Shown here: positions 16,605-25,350 of the stretch, piece after piece
Layout: each line of letters starts with the position of its first letter
How positions within the stretch are numbered: position 1 is the first letter of the stretch
The notes under the pieces: generated by a model
Told to the model about the DNA's origin: nothing
The model's input: the letters and a program-made list of their open reading frames with translations, nothing else
The model's database searches: none
Assembly (NCBI GenBank): GCA_934177555.1
Contig: CAKPPL010000002.1
Span: 1 to 32,926 of the forward strand
DNA from: an uncultured Clostridia bacterium
Lineage (GTDB): Bacteria > Bacillota > Clostridia > TANB77 > CAG-508
Length of the DNA stretch: 32,926 nt
Reading direction: 5' to 3'
Made by a program: the position numbers and the translations under genes

Positions 16605-18209
16605 TTATTCTATAACATCAAATGGTATATCAAAACCATTTGCAAAATTTGATAATTTCTGTTCTTCACTAATTTCCGTATTTTGTGGTTTTGTATCTAA
16701 ATATTTTATATGCATTTCTTTTCCACAAGCAATAGAAACTTGTTCTGTGATTTCTTTTAAATTTTCTGGTTTATCTAATACTGCCTTTCCAAATGGTGTT
16801 ATTCCACTAGGGAATTCTATTCCTACAGTCATATCATTTATTTCTATTGCATTAGTATTTAATAAATTTGTATATAACATAATTTTTCCATTTGTTTTAA
16901 AATTATTTATGATTTTTGACCAATATTGTGCAGGTTTACTATTTTTTCCTATTCCTGCTATAGCACTAGTTGTTTGTGTTTTTGTAGATTTTGCAATAGG
17001 CTTTATATTGTTTGTAGTATTTCTAGGAATCGAACCAGATCTTAAATAATTTTCTATTTTATCTAATCTTGTATATATATCATTATTTCCATTACCACTA
17101 TTATTAATATTATCTATTTTTTCGTTTTCTATTTCTTTGCTACATAATTTAATTATTCCTGCTTGAAATATAATTAATCTTTGAGTTGATGTTTTCATAT
17201 CATTTTCTAATTTTGATAGTTCATAAATTAATTTTATTGCTCTCTCTTTAGTAATTTTTTCTGACAATTTTTTCAAATTTTCATAATCTTCATCATTATA
17301 TATTGTTATTTTTTGATTTGTTTTCACTAATAATATATCTTTTATATATTTAATCTCTTCCCATAGAAAATTATTTATATCTTTTCCATCATCTAATACT
17401 TTTGTTAATGATTCCATTGCTTTATCTATATCATATTCAATTATTGCTTCTGTTAAATTATATATATATGTTATTTGTGGTATTCCAACTAATTCTTTTA
17501 TTTTATTTTCATCTATATTATTTTCTCCATCTTGTACACATCTTTCTAATATAGATAATGCATCTCTCATTGCCCCTTCTGATAATGATGCAATAATATT
17601 TAAAGCTTGTTTTGTAATTTGTATTTGGCTTTCTTTACATACTATTTCAAGCCTTTTAATTATATCTTCATCAGATATTCTTTTAAAATCAAATCTTTGA
17701 CATCTTGATAATATAGTTGCAGGTAATTTTTGTGGCTCTGTTGTTGCTAATATAAATTTTACATGTTCTGGTGGCTCTTCTAATGTTTTTAAAAGTGCAT
17801 TAAATGCTCCTTGTGATAACATATGAACCTCATCTATAATATATACTCTATATTTTGCTTTTGTTGGTAAAAAGTTTACTTCTTCTCTTATAGCTCTAAC
17901 ATCTTCTACACTATTATTTGAAGCAGCATCCATTTCTACTATATCTGTTAAAGATCCAGCCATAGCAGCTTTACATATTTCACATTCATTACATGGCTCT
18001 CCATCTTTAGGGTTTAAACAGTTTATAGCTCTTGCTAATACTTTAGCAGATGTTGTTTTTCCTGTTCCTCTACCACCATTAAATAAATATGCATGTCCAA
18101 CTCTATTTGCCATTATTTGATTTTTTAATGTTCTTGTTATATGTTCTTGACCTACCATTTCACTGAATGTTTGTGGTCTAAATTTCCTATAAAGTGCTGT
18201 GTACCCCAT
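16605..18209 (-). CDS. dnaX: DNA polymerase III subunit gamma/tau
   Basis: Starts at MGYTALYRKFRPQTF (ATG at 18209, AAGGA SD upstream). Walker A GGRGTGKTT, a zinc module CNECEIC and the DEVHML box. The track ORF extends 55 codons further upstream, but that extension covers the SRP RNA gene. Confidence 0.9.
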   Translation of the reverse strand: MGYTALYRKFRPQTFSEMVGQEHITRTLKNQIMANRVGHAYLFNGGRGTGKTTSAKVLARAINCLNPKDGEPCNECEICKAAMAGSLTDIVEMDAASNNSVEDVRAIREEVNFLPTKAKYRVYIIDEVHMLSQGAFNALLKTLEEPPEHVKFILATTEPQKLPATILSRCQRFDFKRISDEDIIKRLEIVCKESQIQITKQALNIIASLSEGAMRDALSILERCVQDGENNIDENKIKELVGIPQITYIYNLTEAIIEYDIDKAMESLTKVLDDGKDINNFLWEEIKYIKDILLVKTNQKITIYNDEDYENLKKLSEKITKERAIKLIYELSKLENDMKTSTQRLIIFQAGIIKLCSKEIENEKIDNINNSGNGNNDIYTRLDKIENYLRSGSIPRNTTNNIKPIAKSTKTQTTSAIAGIGKNSKPAQYWSKIINNFKTNGKIMLYTNLLNTNAIEINDMTVGIEFPSGITPFGKAVLDKPENLKEITEQVSIACGKEMHIKYLDTKPQNTEISEEQKLSNFANGFDIPFDVIE

Positions 18210-18237
18210 ATTATTCACGTCCTTTATATATAAAAAT

Positions 18238-18372
18238 GGTCTGAGAGCTAATCTCTCTGTGGAAAACACTTTCACATAAAAGTATCTACTTATTGCTGCT
18301 TCCTTCCAGACCTGACAAGGTTCATAGGCTTTTATTGAATTTGCTTTCCACACAAAGGTTAGTTCCCATACC
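18238..18372 (-). ncRNA. ffs: Signal recognition particle RNA (short form, ~135 nt)
   Basis: The minus strand contains GTCAGGTCTGGAAGGAAGCAGC, the near-invariant helix-8 motif with a GGAA tetraloop. The 5' GGTATGGGAACTAACCTTTGTGTGGAAA pairs over ~28 positions with the 3' TTTCCACAGAGAGATTAGCTCTCAGACC. A T-run follows the 3' end. The position upstream of dnaX matches Bacillus/Clostridium. Ends are approximate, within a few nt. Confidence 0.85.
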
Positions 18373-18378
18373 ATTGCT

Positions 18379-18407
18379 ATTATATAATGTTATTAAAAAT
18401 TTTGCAA
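18379..18407 (-). promoter_or_regulatory. Promoter for the SRP RNA (TTGCAA-17 nt-TATAAT)
   Basis: On the minus strand: TTGCAA (18407-18402), a 17-nt spacer, TATAAT (18384-18379). The predicted TSS, ~7 nt downstream, coincides with the 5' end of the closing helix. Confidence 0.6.
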
Positions 18408-18417
18408 GTAATTTTAA

Positions 18418-19161
18418 CTAATTTTCAATTCTTTTAAAAATTATATTTTGTAAATCTGTTATTTCTATTCCATTAGTTCCTTTTTCTAATATATCATCTG
18501 ATGGCACATCAATTTGTGCATTTGTTTGATATATTTTTCCACTTTTTAATTTAATAAAAATATCAAATGATATATGAGTTTGTAAATCTTCTTTTTGTAC
18601 ATTTGTTAATTTTAATAATTTACTATGGTCAATTTCTTCATCATTATCTGATATATATTCAGATATGTTATTTATTGCATATCTAAATGCAACAATTCCT
18701 CCTTGATTTGAGATTTTTTGTTCTTTAATATTTGATTCTAATTCTCCTTCATATGTAATTTCATCTATTTCATTTTCAGTAGAATTAGTAAACATCTTTT
18801 TCTCAGTTAATACAGGTTTATATAATTTTTTCTCGCCTTTTTCATTATTTTTATTTATGTTTATATTTTTTACTTCTACGCTTTCAATAATTTCAGTTTT
18901 TTTATATCCTGAATTTTTTTCTATATAAATATATATATCATTATTTTCATTCACAGCTAAATCCCATTTATTTTCTGCATTTTCTTTTTCAATTCCTTCT
19001 ACACTTTCTATTATAGATATTTTTGTGATATTAAATGGTACATTTGTTTCTCCTTCTACTTGATATCTTAATACAAATATTCCACCTATACATAATATAA
19101 CAAATATTATTATTATTACTATTATTACATGTAATATTTTTTTATTTATATTTCGATACAT
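18418..19161 (-). CDS. Hypothetical membrane-anchored protein
   Basis: Single N-terminal TM helix (ILHVIIVIIIIFVILCIGGIFVL) followed by a ~200-aa hydrophilic domain. I favour the start at MYRNINKK (19161) because GGAGG lies just upstream. The track ORF begins 12 nt earlier. Confidence 0.6.
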   Translation of the reverse strand: MYRNINKKILHVIIVIIIIFVILCIGGIFVLRYQVEGETNVPFNITKISIIESVEGIEKENAENKWDLAVNENNDIYIYIEKNSGYKKTEIIESVEVKNININKNNEKGEKKLYKPVLTEKKMFTNSTENEIDEITYEGELESNIKEQKISNQGGIVAFRYAINNISEYISDNDEEIDHSKLLKLTNVQKEDLQTHISFDIFIKLKSGKIYQTNAQIDVPSDDILEKGTNGIEITDLQNIIFKRIEN

Positions 19162-19297
19162 TTTTTCCTCCATTATTTGTTGAATTTTAATTATTATAAT
19201 ATACCACTATAAAAAAATCAATGTTTTATTTAATATCTTGACATATATGTTATAATCAAAATATATATAATTTTAATATAAAGAAAGAGGATATTAT

Positions 19298-20011
19298 ATG
19301 CAACATATATTAAGTAAAATGAGAAAAGCAATAGAAGAATACCAAATGATAGAAGATGGTGATAAAATTGCTGTATGTTTATCTGGTGGTAAAGATTCCA
19401 TAACTTTATTAAATGGATTAAAAGCATTACAAAGATTTTATCCAAAACATTTTGAATTAATTGCTATATCTGTTAACCCTGGTTTTGATTTTTTTGATAG
19501 TGAAATATTACAAAAAAATTGTGATGAAATTGGTGTACCATTATTTATAGAAAATAGTTCTATAAAAGAAATAGTTTTCGATGTTAGAAAAGAAAAAAAT
19601 CCTTGTTCATTATGTGCAAATCTACGTAGAGGAATAATAAATAGTGTTGCTTTAAGAGAAGGTTGTAACAAAATTGCTCTTGGACATAATATGGATGATG
19701 TTTTAGAAACATTTTTATTAAATTTATTGTATACTGGTAGTATTTCTACATTTGCACCTAAAAGTTTTATGGATAGAACTAAAATAACATTAATTAGACC
19801 TTTAATTTTGTTAAGTGAAAAAGATACTCGTCACTTTGTAAAAAAATACAATAAAACTGTTATGCCAAAAGTTTGTCCTATGGATGAACATACAAAAAGA
19901 GAAACTATGAAAGAACAAATTTTTTTATGGCAAAAAAATATTCCTACTATAAAAGCTAATTTATTTGGTGCAATTTCAAGAAATATAGATGGTTGGAAAA
20001 AAGAACGCTAA
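19298..20011 (+). CDS. ttcA: PP-loop ATPase, tRNA 2-thiocytidine synthase (TtcA) family
   Basis: PP-loop CLSGGKDS. PCSLCANLRRG and ALGHNMDDVLETFLLNLLYTG align with TtcA signatures. AAGAGGA SD. Confidence 0.75.
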   Translation: MQHILSKMRKAIEEYQMIEDGDKIAVCLSGGKDSITLLNGLKALQRFYPKHFELIAISVNPGFDFFDSEILQKNCDEIGVPLFIENSSIKEIVFDVRKEKNPCSLCANLRRGIINSVALREGCNKIALGHNMDDVLETFLLNLLYTGSISTFAPKSFMDRTKITLIRPLILLSEKDTRHFVKKYNKTVMPKVCPMDEHTKRETMKEQIFLWQKNIPTIKANLFGAISRNIDGWKKER

Positions 20012-20035
20012 AATATTAAAGAACAAAGAGAATTA

Positions 20036-20515
20036 TTATTCAACAATTCTTTTTGTTCTTTTTATTTGTCTTAATTCTTTAAAGAATTTCTTTAAAATTT
20101 CTTGGCATTCTTTTTCCATTACTCCTAATTCATATTCTACTTTATGATTAAATGTATAATCTTTAAATAAATTTAAAACAGAACCTACTGCACCAGTTTT
20201 TTCATCTAATGCTCCAATATACACCTTTTTTATCCTTGAATTTATTATTGCTCCAGCACACATTGAACATGGTTCTAATGTTACATACATTTCGCAATCA
20301 ATTAATCTCCAAGCTCCTATCTTCTTACTCGCTTTTTGTATTGCTAATATCTCTGCATGTTTAGTAGTATCTGTTTTTGTTTCTTTTTGATTATGAGCTC
20401 TTGCTATAATTTTTCCTTCTTTTACTATTATTGCTCCTACCGGAACTTCTAATTTCTTACATGCTTTTTCTGCTTCTTTTATAGCTTGTTTCATATAATA
20501 TTCTTTTTCTTCCAT
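20036..20515 (-). CDS. tadA: tRNA-specific adenosine deaminase
   Basis: 159 aa with the CDA zinc motifs HAEILAI and PCSMCAGAI. Confidence 0.9.
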   Translation of the reverse strand: MEEKEYYMKQAIKEAEKACKKLEVPVGAIIVKEGKIIARAHNQKETKTDTTKHAEILAIQKASKKIGAWRLIDCEMYVTLEPCSMCAGAIINSRIKKVYIGALDEKTGAVGSVLNLFKDYTFNHKVEYELGVMEKECQEILKKFFKELRQIKRTKRIVE

Positions 20516-20537
20516 ATTTTCACTCTTTTAATTGTTT

Positions 20538-20613
20538 TGGTGTGCCCATGTGGACTCGAACCACAATCTGTCACTTAGGAGGTGACTACTCTATCCTGCT
20601 GAGCTATGAGCAC
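20538..20613 (-). tRNA. tRNA-Arg (anticodon CCU), CCA-encoded
   Basis: 76-nt cloverleaf folded by hand: acceptor GTGCTCA/TGGGCAC, D arm GCTC..GAGT, anticodon stem GTCAC/GTGAC with loop CTCCTAA, T arm TGTGG-TTCGAGT-CCACA, discriminator A + CCA. Confidence 0.9.
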
Positions 20614-20630
20614 ATTTTCATTCTATAAAA

Positions 20631-20659
20631 ATTATACAACATATCACTTTAAAATACAA
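20631..20659 (-). promoter_or_regulatory. Promoter for tRNA-Arg, and probably tadA (TTGTAT-17 nt-TATAAT)
   Basis: On the minus strand: TTGTAT (20659-20654), a 17-nt spacer, TATAAT (20636-20631). It lies about 18 nt upstream of the mature tRNA 5' end. Confidence 0.5.
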
Positions 20660-20677
20660 GTTTTATATTTATAAAAA

Positions 20678-20711
20678 GCTGAAATGGGAATTTTTATTTT
20701 TCCATTTCAGC
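20678..20711. terminator. Hairpin terminator after pgcA, with T-runs on both strands
   Basis: GCTGAAATGG-14 nt loop-CCATTTCAGC, flanked by A5 on the left and T6 on the right. Confidence 0.65.
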
Positions 20712-20718
20712 TTTTTTA

Positions 20719-22449
20719 TTATCCATTTCTAACTAATTTTTCCATATCTTGTTTTAATTTTTCTAATTTTTTATTTGCATCTTCCATTGTATTTGATTTT
20801 ACACCCATATAAAGTTTTATTTTTGGCTCTGTTCCAGATGGTCTTACACAACACCAAAAGTCATTTTCTAATTCATAATATAAAACATTAGATTTTGGTA
20901 AACCTGTTTCCGTAACATTTCCATCTATCATATTTTTCACAATATTTCTATCATAATCTCTAAATTCTAAAACATTATAATCTCCAATTTTTGTTATATC
21001 TTTTTCTCTCATTGCTTTCATCATGTTTTGTATTTTTTCAGCACCATCAGCACCTTCTAAAACGATAGAAACTTGACCTTCTCTATAATATCCATATTTT
21101 TCATAAATATTAATCATTTGATCCCATAATGTAAAACCTTTAGATTTATAATATGCTGCTGCCTCACATAAAGCCATAACAGCTCCGATTCCATCTTTAT
21201 CTCTAGCATATGTTCCAATTAGACATCCATAACTTTCTTCAAAACCAAATACATACTCTTTATCATGATTTTGTTCTGCTTTTCTTATAACTTCACCTAT
21301 ATACTTAAAGCCTGTAAGAACCTTTATTAATTCTAAGTCATATTCTTTTGCAACAGAATCTGTTAAATGAGTTGATACTATTGTTTTTATTATCATTCCA
21401 TTTTTAGGAAGTAATCCTTTTTCTTTTTTCTGTGATATTTCATATTCAGCAATTAACATTGCAGACATATTTCCTGTATAGTTTATGTATTCGCCTGTTT
21501 TATTGTCTTTAGCAAAAATCCCCAATCTGTCTGAATCAGGATCTGTTGCTAATACAACATCAGCATCTTTTTCTTTTGCTAATTCTAGTGCAAGTTTAAA
21601 AGCCTTAGGGTCTTCTGGATTAGGATAACTTACAGTTGGAAAGTCTCCATCAGGCATTTCTTGTTCTGGCACAACATATACATTTTCAAATCCTAATTCT
21701 TTTAATATTCTTTGTACCATCACATTTCCAGCACCATGTAATGGTGTATATACTATTTTTAAATTTCTTCCTTGTTCTTTTATCACTTCTGGATTTAAAA
21801 CACATTTTTTTAGTTCTTCAATATATCTATCATCAATTTCTTTTCCAACAGTATTATATAATCCTAGTTTTTTTGCTTCTTCCTCTTTAATTTCTTTTAT
21901 TTCTGAAAATTCTTTTATTGCTCTTACTTCTTCAATTATCTCTTTATCTGTTGGTGCTACTATTTGAGCTCCATCACTCCAATAAACTTTATACCCATTA
22001 TATTTTGGTGGATTATGACTAGCAGTAATCATTATTCCAGCAGCAGCTTTTAATTCCCTTACGGCAAAAGATAATTCAGGTACTGGTCTTAATGTATCCA
22101 TTCTATATGTTTTTATTCCATTTGCATTTAATATTAGTGCTGTTAATTGACTAAACTCTGGTGACATATGTCTTGAATCATAACTTATTACTACACCTTT
22201 TTCTTGCATTCCTTTTTTTATTATATAATTTGCTAATCCTTGAGTTGCTTTCCCTACTGTATATTTATTCATTCTGTTTGTTCCCATACCAATAACTCCA
22301 CGTAATCCAGCAGTTCCAAATTCTAATTCTTTATAAAATCTATCTTCTATTTCCTCTTTATTATCTTTTATACTTAATAATTCTTTTTTTGTTTCTTCAT
22401 CAAATACTGGATTTTCACACCATTTTTTATACTCTTCTAAATAATTCAT
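20719..22449 (-). CDS. pgcA: Alpha-phosphoglucomutase (phosphohexomutase family)
   Basis: 576 aa. Active-site loop ITASHNPPKYNGYKV. The N-terminal FYKELEFGTAGLRGVIGMGTNRMNKYTV is closely parallel to B. subtilis PgcA. Confidence 0.85.
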   Translation of the reverse strand: MNYLEEYKKWCENPVFDEETKKELLSIKDNKEEIEDRFYKELEFGTAGLRGVIGMGTNRMNKYTVGKATQGLANYIIKKGMQEKGVVISYDSRHMSPEFSQLTALILNANGIKTYRMDTLRPVPELSFAVRELKAAAGIMITASHNPPKYNGYKVYWSDGAQIVAPTDKEIIEEVRAIKEFSEIKEIKEEEAKKLGLYNTVGKEIDDRYIEELKKCVLNPEVIKEQGRNLKIVYTPLHGAGNVMVQRILKELGFENVYVVPEQEMPDGDFPTVSYPNPEDPKAFKLALELAKEKDADVVLATDPDSDRLGIFAKDNKTGEYINYTGNMSAMLIAEYEISQKKEKGLLPKNGMIIKTIVSTHLTDSVAKEYDLELIKVLTGFKYIGEVIRKAEQNHDKEYVFGFEESYGCLIGTYARDKDGIGAVMALCEAAAYYKSKGFTLWDQMINIYEKYGYYREGQVSIVLEGADGAEKIQNMMKAMREKDITKIGDYNVLEFRDYDRNIVKNMIDGNVTETGLPKSNVLYYELENDFWCCVRPSGTEPKIKLYMGVKSNTMEDANKKLEKLKQDMEKLVRNG

Positions 22450-22517
22450 TATATTTTTTCCTTTCTTGTTAAATTTATTATAAAAGCTACTGTAAATTAG
22501 TCCAGTAGCTTAAAATA

Positions 22518-23759
22518 TTAAACATTATAAAAATTTTTATATAATTTTCTTGCCGTTTCTGGGCTATCTATTCCTTTAGCATTTTTTACTGGTGCAAATT
22601 CTTCTTCTCTTTTTACTCTTAAAATAGCCATGTCGTCTAATTCTCCAAATGCATCAAACAAAAAAGCTTCAAATTTATATGCATTTGGTCCATCTGGAAC
22701 AATTTTATTCCCATTTTTATCTATATATGTTGCTTTTTTAAATGCTGTATGGTATGGTAATGGTTTACTTCCCATTCTTTCAACAGCATTTATATTAAAT
22801 AAATTGCATAAAATATGAGATTCACCATATATTAATTCACCATTTTTTGTTGTTGCTTCTGCCATTTCCTTAGGTATTTCAGTGTATTCTACAACTGATG
22901 GTCTTCCATTTTTCTTACAAAATACACCAACTTTTTCTTCTGGATTTGCTTTTACAACAGATTTTCCAGCTGCTGTAACATTTTTTTGAATTGCTATACC
23001 CATTAGAATAGGATCAACCATTTTTACTAAGCAATTATCTACTCCACCAATAAAAATCCACTCTACTCCTAATTCTCTCATCTTTTTTGTCATACCACTT
23101 TTTACTAGTGCTTCATATATTCCACCATGTCCATCAGCAGCTTCTTTAATTAATCCATCTTCTCCAATTAATATTTTTCCTTCTGTATCTACCATTGGTA
23201 ATTCACCTTGTATAAAGAAAAATATATTTTTGTTTAATTCATATCCAAAATATTTATTTTTTTTGAAAAATTCTATTGTTTCTTCATTATTTTCTTTACT
23301 TGTCATTATAAACCAAGGGATTGTAACATTATATTTTTTACCAGCTTCTTTTAATGAATCACATAATAATTCAAATAATGATTTATGAGAGTCTAGTCCT
23401 ATATCATATGTTCCTTTTGGTCCACTATGACCTAATCTAGTTCCTTGTCCTCCAGCCATTGTAACTGCTGCTAGTTTTCCATTTTTTATTGCTTTTTCTC
23501 CAGTTTCTTGGTACCATTTGTAATCTCCATTTAATTTTTCTTTATCAAAATATTCTATTGGAGATATTTGAGCCTCTGGTATTTCAACATCTTTTTTTGT
23601 ATTATCATATAAATGACTTATTAATTCAAAATCTATTTTTTCTATTTGTTTTAATAATTCTTTTTTCTTTGGTTCATCTAATTTTTCATATTCGTCTAAT
23701 AAATGTTCTTGTGAATATTTTTTTAGAGTCTTTTTTATTGATTCTATGTTATTTTCCAT
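22518..23759 (-). CDS. UDP-sugar pyrophosphorylase of the eukaryotic-type UDPGP family (UAP1/UGP-like)
   Basis: 413 aa with the MAGGQGTRLGHSGPKGT nucleotide-binding loop characteristic of the UDPGP family. Located directly upstream of pgcA on the same strand. Confidence 0.7.
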   Translation of the reverse strand: MENNIESIKKTLKKYSQEHLLDEYEKLDEPKKKELLKQIEKIDFELISHLYDNTKKDVEIPEAQISPIEYFDKEKLNGDYKWYQETGEKAIKNGKLAAVTMAGGQGTRLGHSGPKGTYDIGLDSHKSLFELLCDSLKEAGKKYNVTIPWFIMTSKENNEETIEFFKKNKYFGYELNKNIFFFIQGELPMVDTEGKILIGEDGLIKEAADGHGGIYEALVKSGMTKKMRELGVEWIFIGGVDNCLVKMVDPILMGIAIQKNVTAAGKSVVKANPEEKVGVFCKKNGRPSVVEYTEIPKEMAEATTKNGELIYGESHILCNLFNINAVERMGSKPLPYHTAFKKATYIDKNGNKIVPDGPNAYKFEAFLFDAFGELDDMAILRVKREEEFAPVKNAKGIDSPETARKLYKNFYNV

Positions 23760-23833
23760 TTGTATCTTCCTTTCTTGCTACATAATATATATATATCATT
23801 TTTCACATTTTTTCAATAGTTTATACTAAATAA

Positions 23834-23858
23834 AAAGGAAGATTTGATATCTTCCTTT
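23834..23858 (-). terminator. Hairpin terminator downstream of the 148-aa gene
   Basis: AAAGGAAGAT-TTGAT-ATCTTCCTTT followed on the minus strand by TTATTT. Confidence 0.5.
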
Positions 23859-24008
23859 GACTGCTTTTTTTAATTCATAGTCTTTTATTGCTCCATTGAA
23901 GATTTCTAAGATTTTATATCTAATAACTTCTTGTGAAATATTATTTTTTATAATATCACTTTTCCACATTAATTTCAACATATTTAGACATATTTATTAA
24001 AGTTTTAA

Positions 24009-24455
24009 TTACATATCATAAAAACCTAATGTATTTAAACTACTATCATGCTCATTAATTATTTTTTTAATATCTTGTTTAACATCTTCAAAATTGTAAC
24101 AATCTATAATAGTTGCATCTTTTATGTTATTTTGGTTTATTTGATTATTTATATCTTCTATATATTTTTCTGTTCCTATTATAATAATATTTGAATCATT
24201 ATTTATTTCTTTATTATATTCATTATTCCATCCTAGGTTTATTATTTCTTTCTTATTTTCATTATTAATATTCATTTTTGAAATAAGTACTTCTACTGTA
24301 TCTTTTAAATTTTTTTCTGTTTTTATTATTACTTTTTTATTTTCATCTAATTTTTTATTTATATATGGCATAAGTATCATTTCTAAATGAAAATCACTTA
24401 CATAAAAGCTACATATCTTTTCAATATTTTTGTTTTCAACAATCATATTTTTCAT
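24009..24455 (-). CDS. Hypothetical protein (148 aa, Asn/Lys/Ile-rich)
   Basis: ORF only, divergent from spoIIR. No TM segment and no motif I can assign. Confidence 0.5.
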   Translation of the reverse strand: MKNMIVENKNIEKICSFYVSDFHLEMILMPYINKKLDENKKVIIKTEKNLKDTVEVLISKMNINNENKKEIINLGWNNEYNKEINNDSNIIIIGTEKYIEDINNQINQNNIKDATIIDCYNFEDVKQDIKKIINEHDSSLNTLGFYDM

Positions 24456-24614
24456 TCCTTTCGGTTGCTTTTGGTAAATTTTACCATTTTATATTTATTT
24501 TGTCAATATATTTTATTACAATTTCTATTATGTATAATTTATATTTTTTGGTTAATAATTATTTTAAATATATTTTTTTACAAAAAAGTTTTATTTTATA
24601 TATGGAGGTTTTAA

Positions 24615-25280
24615 ATGAGAAAATTTTTAAATTTTATTAATTTTTCCAAGTTAAAAAATGTAATTATTTTAATAGGATTATTATTTTTATATATTTTTAT
24701 TTCTGCAAAATCTTATGCTACAGCAGTATCAAATGATTTATCAGAAGCTGTATTTAGATTACATGTAATAGCTAATAGTGATTCTGATGAAGATCAATCA
24801 TTAAAACTTAAAGTTAGAGATAATTTACTTGAATATATGAATACAATTTGTAGTAATTGTAGTACAAAACAAGAAGCGATTTCTATTGCAAATGAACATA
24901 AAGATGATTTTCAAAAAATTGCTGAAAAAACTATAATAGAAAATGGATTTAGTTATTCAGTAAAAATCAATATTAATAATTTCTATTTTCCTACTAAAAA
25001 CTACGGAGATATATCTTTGCCAGCAGGATTTTATGATGCCTTGCGTGTAGAAATAGGTGATGCAAAAGGTAAAAATTGGTGGTGTGTAATGTTCCCTTCT
25101 CTATGTTTTATTGATATCTCTTCTGGAATTGTAGATGAAAATGCCAAAGAAAATTTAGAAGAAAACTTAGATACTGAATCTTATAGTATAATTTCTGATA
25201 ACAATAATGCTGAAATACATTTCAAATTTAAGCTAATAGAATTCTTTGCAGAAAACGGATTATTTACAGCTAAATATTAA
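24615..25280 (+). CDS. spoIIR: Stage II sporulation protein R
   Basis: N-terminal signal/TM segment, then RLHVIANSDSDEDQSLKLKVRDNLLEY and GKNWWCVMFPSLCF, both hallmark SpoIIR motifs. GGAGG SD. Confidence 0.9.
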   Translation: MRKFLNFINFSKLKNVIILIGLLFLYIFISAKSYATAVSNDLSEAVFRLHVIANSDSDEDQSLKLKVRDNLLEYMNTICSNCSTKQEAISIANEHKDDFQKIAEKTIIENGFSYSVKININNFYFPTKNYGDISLPAGFYDALRVEIGDAKGKNWWCVMFPSLCFIDISSGIVDENAKENLEENLDTESYSIISDNNNAEIHFKFKLIEFFAENGLFTAKY

Positions 25281-25350
25281 ATTTTCTATTGTAATCTTTC
25301 CTTTTTTATGGTATATTTCTTAGGAAGAATAATTTTAAGGAGGAATACTT

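Noticed and set aside
16605-18209. Programmed -1 frameshift site in dnaX (tau/gamma, as in E. coli)
   Set aside because: Only generic A6 runs (for example GAAAAAAT) are present. These are ubiquitous in this AT-rich genome. I saw no A-AAA-AAG heptamer with a downstream stable hairpin.
16605-18374. The 589-aa version of the dnaX ORF given in the track
   Set aside because: Its first 55 codons (MVWELTFVWK...KDVNN) resemble no DnaX and coincide with the SRP RNA gene. The canonical DnaX N-terminus MGYTALYRKFRPQTF begins at 18209 and has its own SD.
23826-23981. 51-aa minus-strand ORF (MLKLMWKSDIIKNNISQEVIRYKILEIFNGAIKDYELKKAVKGRYQIFLFI) downstream of the 148-aa gene; briefly considered as a Spo0E-like phosphatase because of the SQE tripeptide
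   Set aside because: No SD precedes the ATG. The terminator hairpin at 23834-23858 lies inside its last ~10 codons. The Spo0E signature SQELD, with its catalytic Asp, is absent. It is more likely a 3' UTR.
24456-24614. Possible forespore (sigmaF-type) promoter upstream of spoIIR: GTATA ... GGTTAATAAT
   Set aside because: The spacing between the two elements is 13 nt rather than the ~15 nt I recall for sigmaF promoters, and the -10-like element does not fit the GGnnAnAHTR pattern at a key position. It cannot be told apart from chance in AT-rich DNA.
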